Of a stretch of DNA of 17,083 nt, positions 9,653 through 16,171 are shown in pieces. A program made the position numbers and the translations under genes. Each line of letters begins with the position of its first letter. Within the stretch, counting starts at the first letter, position 1. A model generated the notes under the pieces. The model was not told the origin of the DNA. It made no database searches and saw nothing but the letters and a program-made list of their open reading frames with translations. This DNA is from a candidate division WOR-3 bacterium (lineage in GTDB: Bacteria; Hydrothermota; Tepidihabitantia; SM23-42; CAYGYG01): positions 1 through 17,083 of the forward strand of contig CBFGIV010000050.1 of the NCBI GenBank assembly GCA_965648915.1, given 5' to 3'.

Positions 9653-10310
9653 AAGAGAGAATTGTCTGGTCCTGCTCTCCGCGGGCCTGGACTCACTGGT
9701 CTCGCTGGCCGTAGCAATGCGGCAACTCGATGTTGTTTGTGGGGTGACATTCAATTATGGACAACGTGCCGCGCGTGCAGAATTAGAATCGGCGCGCAGG
9801 ATCTGTCTCCACTACAAGATCGAATTTTTACCGATCGACATAACCTGGCTTGGTGCGGTAAGCAGTTCGGCGGTGACCACAAAAGGAAGGATAGGGATTA
9901 AAAGATTCCAATCGGTTAAGGATGTCTGGGTGCCGAATCGTAACGGCCTCTTTTTGAGTATCGGCGCGGCGCTGGCTGAGGCGAGGAGGATTAAGTATGT
10001 AATTACCGGTTTCAATCGGGAGGAGGCTGAAGATTTTCTTGACAACAGTCGAAAATTTGTTAATCTGTTTAACCGGATACTAAATTTTTCGACATTAAAT
10101 CGTGTCCGGGTTAAGAGTTTTGTACAGGACTTGAATAAGATGCAGATTGTTAAGTTGGGAATGCGGCTCAAAATTCCCTGGGAATTGATTTATTCGTGTT
10201 ATCTGGGTAAGGCAAGGATGTGCGGCCGTTGTCTGAGTTGTTTGCGCTTGAAGGATGCGCTGAAACAGTCGGGTCTTTTAATAGAATTAAAAAAATTATT
10301 TGATAAATAA
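9642..10310 (+). CDS. queC: 7-cyano-7-deazaguanine synthase (archaeal/methanogen-like subtype)
   Basis: VLLSAGLDS PP-loop, FNYGQR, VWVPNRN, GFNREE..F.DN, zinc site SCY-x6-CGRCLSC. Start uncertain (ATG 9642 or ATG 9624). Confidence 0.88.
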   Translation: MHPERENCLVLLSAGLDSLVSLAVAMRQLDVVCGVTFNYGQRAARAELESARRICLHYKIEFLPIDITWLGAVSSSAVTTKGRIGIKRFQSVKDVWVPNRNGLFLSIGAALAEARRIKYVITGFNREEAEDFLDNSRKFVNLFNRILNFSTLNRVRVKSFVQDLNKMQIVKLGMRLKIPWELIYSCYLGKARMCGRCLSCLRLKDALKQSGLLIELKKLFDK

Positions 10311-10322
10311 AGGAGGCAAAAA

Positions 10323-10880
10323 GTGCGCTATCGTTTTATAAAAGATTCGATCGATTATACCGGTGAACAGTTGATGAGCCATTTTGCCCTGGACTCTTTT
10401 GGCCTGGCCGGGGATTCGATTGTTGGTTTTATCGGCAAATGCGATGTGAAGTTGAAAGAGATGGTCGATATGGAGGATCTGAAAGCGGGTAAGTCGATAT
10501 TCTCCGAGCAGATGCTCCATTTTATTATCGAGCACTTTGATACTGATCTGGAAAAGGCGGTCCTGAGGCAGTATCTGATTATTTCGATTATCAAAGACAT
10601 CCTGGGCGAGATGGCTAAAAATGCCAGTTTCCGGAAAGAGGGCACAGACATCTATGATGGAGATGCGAAACTTACCATATCGGTTGCGACGGTCTCTCCG
10701 GTCTCGACCCTGATTCATGTGGGCATAAATATCACATCGACCAATACCCCGGTAAAGACCAAGGGGCTGGCCGATTACAAAATTGATCCGGCTGAATTTG
10801 CCAATCAGGTTCTTGATCGCTATTCCAAGGAGATCGAAAAGATTCAGATTGCCCGGTGCAAAACGAAGTGGGTTGATTGA
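10323..10880 (+). CDS. DUF366 family protein (biotin/lipoate ligase-like motif, function unknown)
   Basis: YTGEQL, GDSIVGFIGKCDV, EMVDMED, MLHFIIEHF, LRQ, GTDIY...KLTISVAT, LIHVGINI; strong SD AAAGGAGG before GTG 10323. Confidence 0.8.
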   Translation: MRYRFIKDSIDYTGEQLMSHFALDSFGLAGDSIVGFIGKCDVKLKEMVDMEDLKAGKSIFSEQMLHFIIEHFDTDLEKAVLRQYLIISIIKDILGEMAKNASFRKEGTDIYDGDAKLTISVATVSPVSTLIHVGINITSTNTPVKTKGLADYKIDPAEFANQVLDRYSKEIEKIQIARCKTKWVD

Positions 10881-10906
10881 TCCGGCTGTTACCCGGGTAA
10901 AACAGA

Positions 10907-11593
10907 ATGGTTCAGGGCTGGATCTGCGAGGTCTTCAATTCGATTCAGGGTGAGGGGATCTATATCGGTTCCCGCCAGACTTTTATCCGCTTTGCCGGCT
11001 GTAATCTCCGATGTCAGTACTGCGATACCCGAAGGGCACAGAAGAAGAAACTTTACTTCAATTTTGGTAAGCAGAAATTTTCTAACCCGGTTTCGGTCGA
11101 GCAACTGATCAATCTTGTTCAGGAGAAAGAAGTTTCTCTGACCGGTGGGGAGCCGCTTGTTCAGGCCGACTTTCTTTATGAACTATTACGGAGCCTGAAA
11201 CGGCATGGGATTGGAACATATCTCGAGACCAATGGGACAATTGTTGAGCCTCTAAGAAAATTGCTTCCGTATATCGATTTTGTCAGTCTCGATTTTAAGA
11301 TCCCTTCAGCAACCGGTGAAAGGCCTTACTGGAAGGAGCACGAAGCCTTTTTAAGACTATGCCGTAATCAACACTGTTTTGTGAAAATAGTTGTGAATAA
11401 AAATCTTAGAGAGGCGGAACTTTTAAGGGTGGTCGAGATAATTAAAAGAGTCGATAAGAATATTCCATTGGTGATTCAGCCGATCGGCTTGCATGACCTT
11501 AAACCACTTATGTTGTTTCAGAAGATTGGCCTTGAGCATCTACCCGATGTGCGCATCATACCCCAATTGCATAAGATATTAAGAATAAGATAA
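10907..11593 (+). CDS. queE: 7-carboxy-7-deazaguanine synthase (radical SAM)
   Basis: EVFNSIQGEG, FIRFAGCNLRCQYCDT (Cx3Cx2C), SLTGGEPL, LETNGT, C-terminal IPQLHK; adjacent to queD and queC. Confidence 0.93.
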   Translation: MVQGWICEVFNSIQGEGIYIGSRQTFIRFAGCNLRCQYCDTRRAQKKKLYFNFGKQKFSNPVSVEQLINLVQEKEVSLTGGEPLVQADFLYELLRSLKRHGIGTYLETNGTIVEPLRKLLPYIDFVSLDFKIPSATGERPYWKEHEAFLRLCRNQHCFVKIVVNKNLREAELLRVVEIIKRVDKNIPLVIQPIGLHDLKPLMLFQKIGLEHLPDVRIIPQLHKILRIR

Positions 11594-11639
11594 AATATAT
11601 GAAACTTGCCTAAAGTACTCTTTGTCATTATCTTTTTGG

Positions 11640-11780
11640 GAGATTGCTGAAAAATGCAATCTCAATGATTACAGTGATGAGAAAACAGATTACAGTGATT
11701 GAAATTACGAAAGTTTATCATTGGTATCACACGAAAATCACTATCATCGAGAGGCTGCTGATGACTTTTTCAGCAGACTC
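11640..11780. mobile_element. Putative MITE / non-autonomous IS remnant (141 bp)
   Basis: Imperfect 15-bp TIRs GAGATTGCTGAAAAA (11640-11654) and TTTTTCAGCAGACTC (11766-11780), 13/15 match, flanked by direct repeat TTTGG (11635-11639 and 11781-11785). Confidence 0.6.
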
Positions 11781-11893
11781 TTTGGATACCGATGTTAACG
11801 ATTGTTACATTCTCTTAACCACTATTAACTTTCGTATTTTTTAAGATGAAGCAGGTGGAATATCCTTATATATGTTCTTTTATCTTCCAACTG

Positions 11894-11959
11894 TTATCTA
11901 CTATCAGCTATCTCCTATCCTTATTATATTCCACTTTGCCCTTTGCATTATGCGCATTG
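11894..11959. repeat. Two degenerate 7-bp tandem repeat tracts
   Basis: TTATCTA-CTATCAG-CTATCTC-CTATCCT (11894-11921) and CACTTTG-CCCTTTG-CATTATG-CGCATTG (11932-11959). Confidence 0.6.
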
Positions 11960-12043
11960 CCACTTAAAGGGGGAGAAGGCTTTGTCCATATCTTGGGCAG
12001 CGCTTTTGATTAGTTGCCTCCAAAAATTTAATTTGACGTTTTT

Positions 12044-13453
12044 TTATTTTACTATAATAATTTTGCCGTTTTCTACGCACTTTTCAGAAATCATTCGCAC
12101 GATGTAAACTCCGGTTGGTAAATTTTTGGCATTAAAACGCATTTTACGCTCACCAGCAGGTTCGATTGCATCTTTTACAATTAAGGTTTGCTTTCCAGTA
12201 ATATCATAAAGTTTTATTGATACTCGGCCGGTATTTGGTAAATTATATCTTATTAAAGCAGATTGAGAAACAACATTAGGACAAATATTCAAGATAGTAG
12301 GATACCGAATAGATAGATAATTTCCTTCATCGATTTTTATATTTCCGGTCCGATTACGTTTGTAATAGACTTGGCGCCTCTGGTTGCGGTCATCAGTCCA
12401 GATGACATGAACACCCGAACCAGCAGTGGTAATATGAGGATAGGTAGAGACTGCAGGTTCATTGGTCAGTCTGACGGTCGAATCCCAGCTAAATCCACGA
12501 TTGCTCGATTTCTTGTAGTAGAGATCCCAATAACCACCATAATTATCAATCCAGACTAAATGGACATTGGAACCTGAGGCATAAATTGAAGGAAACAGAC
12601 ACTGGCCAAGGCTGTATGATAGGTTTGTGTCAGCACTCCAGGTGGTCCCTCTGTCCGTAGAATGTTTGTAAAAAATTTCGTAATTAAAATCGGTACCTGT
12701 GGTTATACATTCTACCCAGGCAACGTGAAAATCATTACCAGATACAGCACCGCAAGGATCTCCGGAAGGATATGATGTATTGGTTAGTTGAATATCACGA
12801 CTCCATGTATTACCAAAATCGTTTGAGTATTTATAGAATATTTCAGAAGGAGAATCTGACCATAAAAAAGAAACAAAAGAGTCGCGAGCAGTAATATATG
12901 GTGCAACAGCACCACCACTTATTCGAATCAGAGCAGTATCTTTACGCCAGGTCTGACCAGCATCATCAGATTTTGTGAAATAGATGGTGTCCTGAGTGAT
13001 ACTGCCCCACCAGCACACATAGATATGACTGTCTGAAACTGCAATGGACGGATCGTAACTGTAAGTGTTGTTTGTTAGATGAGTGTCCGGAGACCAGGTA
13101 TTACCACCATCGGTTGACCTTTTATATAGAATGTTCCCAAATCCACGCCACACAATATGGACGGCAGAGCCACTTACTGCGATTGCCGGGTAAACAGAGG
13201 AGTAGATATCATAAGTCAGCCGTGTATCTTGACCCCAATCTGTTCCATTATTGGTTGAACGTTTGTAGTAGATTTCCGCATTACCGTCACGATAGTCATA
13301 CCAGATTATATGCAAAGTGCAACCGGAAGAGGCAATACATTTTGCATGATTGTAATTGGTGACAGAATAGAGAGTATCGGTTAGTCTTACATCCGGCTCC
13401 CACTGGGCAAACAACAATTCAGTAAAGAAAATAAAAAATGTTAGGTATTTCAT
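12044..13453 (-). CDS. Secreted BNR/Asp-box (sialidase-like beta-propeller) protein with T9SS type A sorting/FlgD-like C-terminal domain
   Basis: Signal peptide MKYLTFFIFFTELLFA|QW; six Asp-box-type repeats (STNNGTDW, STDGGNTW, SDDAGQTW, SNDFGNTW, STDRGTTW, SSNRGFSW); C-terminal PN...LYDITGK...LPTGVYIV...KIIIVK; SD GAGGT. Confidence 0.85.
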   Translation of the reverse strand: MKYLTFFIFFTELLFAQWEPDVRLTDTLYSVTNYNHAKCIASSGCTLHIIWYDYRDGNAEIYYKRSTNNGTDWGQDTRLTYDIYSSVYPAIAVSGSAVHIVWRGFGNILYKRSTDGGNTWSPDTHLTNNTYSYDPSIAVSDSHIYVCWWGSITQDTIYFTKSDDAGQTWRKDTALIRISGGAVAPYITARDSFVSFLWSDSPSEIFYKYSNDFGNTWSRDIQLTNTSYPSGDPCGAVSGNDFHVAWVECITTGTDFNYEIFYKHSTDRGTTWSADTNLSYSLGQCLFPSIYASGSNVHLVWIDNYGGYWDLYYKKSSNRGFSWDSTVRLTNEPAVSTYPHITTAGSGVHVIWTDDRNQRRQVYYKRNRTGNIKIDEGNYLSIRYPTILNICPNVVSQSALIRYNLPNTGRVSIKLYDITGKQTLIVKDAIEPAGERKMRFNAKNLPTGVYIVRMISEKCVENGKIIIVK

Positions 13454-13475
13454 ATAATTAACCTCGCAACATATT

Positions 13476-13502
13476 AAAAGGGGCGGGTCAAAGGCCCACC
13501 CC
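13476..13502 (-). terminator. Intrinsic terminator-like hairpin after the C25 peptidase gene
   Basis: Minus strand reads GGGGTGGG-CCTTTGA-CCCGCCCC followed by TTTT, starting 14 nt after the stop at 13517. Confidence 0.7.
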
Positions 13503-13516
13503 GGGATTTTCTACGG

Positions 13517-15940
13517 TCATCTCACTATGATGATTTTCCTGGTGCATCTGAAATTTCCAGCCATGAAGACCATAAAGTATATGCCCGACCGGAGTTTCGC
13601 ATCCTGTGAGTCTATTCCTTGCCAGGTAATATTATGGTAACCAGGTAAGAATCTCGAATTAAGAAGATTGACAATGTGTCGGCCAGTAGCATCATAGATG
13701 TTTAGTGAAACTTGAGAACCTTCAGGCAGACCAAAAGAGATCTTGATAACGCCGGTTGCTGGATTAGTTGATAAACAGTTAAATGAGAAGGTCTCTGGGA
13801 TAATCAGACTTGAACCTGCAGTCTGCCCCCCTTCGCCACCTTGAATAACCATGCAGGTTCCCTGGTAAGGTCCATAATTATGCTTGTCAGCAGTAACATA
13901 AAGTGTTCCTGTGGTCTGGGCATCGATTGAAAATGATACATCGCCTAAAGCGTTTGTATATCCAGCTTGGTGAATATCATTCTCCTTGTATAAGCAGACT
14001 ACGGCCATGCCAACACCATAACCCAGTGCGTCGGTAACATGAACATCAAAGGTTGTAGGTTCAGTTGTAATCTGAACGGGATGCGTAGCATTTAGATAAC
14101 CAAGCCAGTCAGTGTAGACATCATTTTCCGGGTCACCCAGATAATGATATCTTTTTAATCCCCGATTGTAATCCGGGTCACTACCATAAGCTTCATAAGT
14201 TCTTACTTTTGCAGTATTCATAGTCCAACCGATATTATAAATGTTGTTATCGAAAGCATTGCGGTAGAGTTCAGTATCGAATTTATGATTCCAATTTGTA
14301 GGCGTAGGATGTGGTGCGGCAACTGCACCAACACCACCACCATGCGGGTTTCTTAGCCAGGCTTCAGCCAGACAGGTTGTATCAAAAGGTATTTGCGCTG
14401 CGTCACGTTGAATATAGCCGATATCGCCGGTCTCACAGCAAATTGAAAATACCATTGGCAACCATGCTTCATACATTGAACTGTAGTTATAAAGGTCATA
14501 GACATCTGCATTAGTAAAGTTTTCGCCATGAAGATTCCAGTCGCACCAGCCGCTCCAGTAGTCGCCGTGCCCTCGATAATTGACCAAACTTACACCTCTG
14601 GGATACGATAGATAATCGTTGATGTGGGACTTTACAGTATTATTACTAACAAGTGGATTATTACCATTATCTTCTGCCCATGTCCACCCTTCTTGTTGCC
14701 GAGGTCTTAGGAAGTTATACCATATGGAATCCCATTTACATGCCCAGTAACCCCTTGGGTCGGTCGGGTTCTCTTTGGCCGCAACCAGGTCGTGGTTTTT
14801 AATCTTCCAACCCGCCCACGGATAGCATTCGTAGGCGAATATTTTATCAATAACCGCATTAAGTTGTTGCGTAGACCAAACCGTGAGTCTCCCGATTGCT
14901 ATATCAGGTAAGGTATCATTGCCAAAAATACAAGCATACCATGTATCAGACCAATCTTCACCGAAACCGCCAAAGGGTGTCCAGTCCGCAACCGGAAGGC
15001 ATGGTTCTCCGGGAAGAATCGGGAAGAACGGCTTACGCACCGCATCACCAACTAACAGGACATATTCTGCCGCATAGTTATCAAAATAAAATTTTATGCA
15101 GTTTTTTATCGCTTCAGTATCACGGGCAACTGTGGTTGGAACGATCTCAGTAAATACAGTTATCCCCTTTTTTCTTTTCCAATCAGCCAATCTTATTATA
15201 TCATTGGCAAATGACTCATCGGTGACGATAAGGTAAACCGGGAAAGTATACGGGGGTACCGGCGGCGGACCACCACCTAAGGTTCCATAATTGGCAATCG
15301 TATTTCTGTATATCTTATCAAATTGTGGACGGACATTAGAAGGCCAGGCACGGGTAGTATTTCTGAGATCTTGACCGGTAAATTTACATTCAAGAACCAT
15401 CTCGGTTGATACATTGAGAACTCTGGTTACAGGATTAAATTTTATCGGTCGAAAATTTAAAAGTATTGTTCGATAATCGCGAAAGATCGCCGGTGCACTT
15501 CTGTCATATTTAATTTGAGGATAAAAGTTATTGGTTCGGTAGGTGACCTCGTTTATTGTGAAGGGCGGAGGCGGTTCCTTTTCACAGCGAGGTCTTTGGT
15601 AGGGATAGATAAAGTAACCATTAAGCTCTCGGTCCTTGGTGTTTAATATCACAGAAACATCTGATTGCGGCGCAATGGCAATGAGCCGACCAATATTCGG
15701 TAGTTCAGGATTCCCAACCGCCCACCCCGAATGAACACCCGGTAAGGTGATTGTCTGGTATTTAACTCCGTTTACTATTTTTTCATCAACAAGCATCCCT
15801 GGGACAGTGACTTTGAACTTAACACCGGCACGATCACCAGAAAGTATCTCTACTTTCGGTGGAGTAGGATTAGGTGTTCCGTCAAAAGAAATCCACATCG
15901 GGTCAGCAACACACAGACCGATAAAACCACCGATATCCAT
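13517..15940 (-). CDS. C25 (gingipain-family) cysteine peptidase: propeptide, catalytic domain, Ig-like region and T9SS-CTD/FlgD-like domain; N-terminus probably frameshifted (true start about 15981)
   Basis: Propeptide GNPELP..GRLIAI; YVLLVGDA, SDTWY, PDIAIGRL, catalytic VNYRGHG and FSICCETG, YHYLGDP; C-terminal IYDATGR...WQGID...SGIYF...KIIIVR. Confidence 0.88.
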   Translation of the reverse strand: MDIGGFIGLCVADPMWISFDGTPNPTPPKVEILSGDRAGVKFKVTVPGMLVDEKIVNGVKYQTITLPGVHSGWAVGNPELPNIGRLIAIAPQSDVSVILNTKDRELNGYFIYPYQRPRCEKEPPPPFTINEVTYRTNNFYPQIKYDRSAPAIFRDYRTILLNFRPIKFNPVTRVLNVSTEMVLECKFTGQDLRNTTRAWPSNVRPQFDKIYRNTIANYGTLGGGPPPVPPYTFPVYLIVTDESFANDIIRLADWKRKKGITVFTEIVPTTVARDTEAIKNCIKFYFDNYAAEYVLLVGDAVRKPFFPILPGEPCLPVADWTPFGGFGEDWSDTWYACIFGNDTLPDIAIGRLTVWSTQQLNAVIDKIFAYECYPWAGWKIKNHDLVAAKENPTDPRGYWACKWDSIWYNFLRPRQQEGWTWAEDNGNNPLVSNNTVKSHINDYLSYPRGVSLVNYRGHGDYWSGWCDWNLHGENFTNADVYDLYNYSSMYEAWLPMVFSICCETGDIGYIQRDAAQIPFDTTCLAEAWLRNPHGGGVGAVAAPHPTPTNWNHKFDTELYRNAFDNNIYNIGWTMNTAKVRTYEAYGSDPDYNRGLKRYHYLGDPENDVYTDWLGYLNATHPVQITTEPTTFDVHVTDALGYGVGMAVVCLYKENDIHQAGYTNALGDVSFSIDAQTTGTLYVTADKHNYGPYQGTCMVIQGGEGGQTAGSSLIIPETFSFNCLSTNPATGVIKISFGLPEGSQVSLNIYDATGRHIVNLLNSRFLPGYHNITWQGIDSQDAKLRSGIYFMVFMAGNFRCTRKIIIVR

Positions 15941-16014
15941 ACTCCCTTAACATTTAGGCGACCTTTCATAAAGTGCTTCATAAGAACTTCCTTTGCAATA
16001 AAAAAATTTTATAC

Positions 16015-16044
16015 ATAATATAAACATAAACTGGTTTTTGTCAA
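16015..16044 (-). promoter_or_regulatory. Sigma70-type promoter for the C25 peptidase gene
   Basis: Minus-strand TTGACA (16044-16039) with TATATT at a 16-nt spacer or TATTAT at an 18-nt spacer; SD AAAGGAAG (15994-15987) before ATG 15981. Confidence 0.6.
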
Positions 16045-16171
16045 TGTTTTTGTGGAGAAGAATTTCAACAAAATCCTGTGCGTTCGAAAAATGCTATCTG
16101 TCCTCTTAAATTATTAATTATTGTTTTTATGGAGTCTCTTCGTTTTCATTATCGATGTCTAAAGAAAAAAA

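Noticed and set aside
9290..11593. que genes as part of a Dpd-type or phage 7-deazaguanine DNA modification system, or a QatC/Cap9-type defence system
   Set aside because: No dpdA/tgt-like, helicase, nuclease, TatD, CD-NTase or phage genes in the window; the context is housekeeping-like.
11667..11699. GATTACAGTGAT direct repeat considered as a CRISPR or iteron array
   Set aside because: Only two 12-bp copies 21 bp apart, with no spacer-sized intervals and no cas or rep gene.
11793..11809. TGTTA-N7-TTACA matching the GlnR/TnrA box pattern
   Set aside because: Lies between convergent gene ends with no promoter to control; a short AT-rich motif can arise by chance.
11644..11844. 66-aa + strand ORF after queE
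   Set aside because: TTG start, no recognisable motif, and it runs across the MITE-like element and its boundary; likely spurious.
13517..15940. C25 protein as a PorU-type sortase attaching the neighbouring cluster's glycan to CTD proteins
   Set aside because: Propeptide-catalytic-CTD layout and size fit a gingipain-like cargo. It is on the opposite strand and separated from the GT genes by scpB and the que block.
143..15950. Numerous 60-140 aa antisense or alternate-frame ORFs in the ORF track
   Set aside because: All overlap well-supported genes and show no motifs; treated as shadow ORFs.
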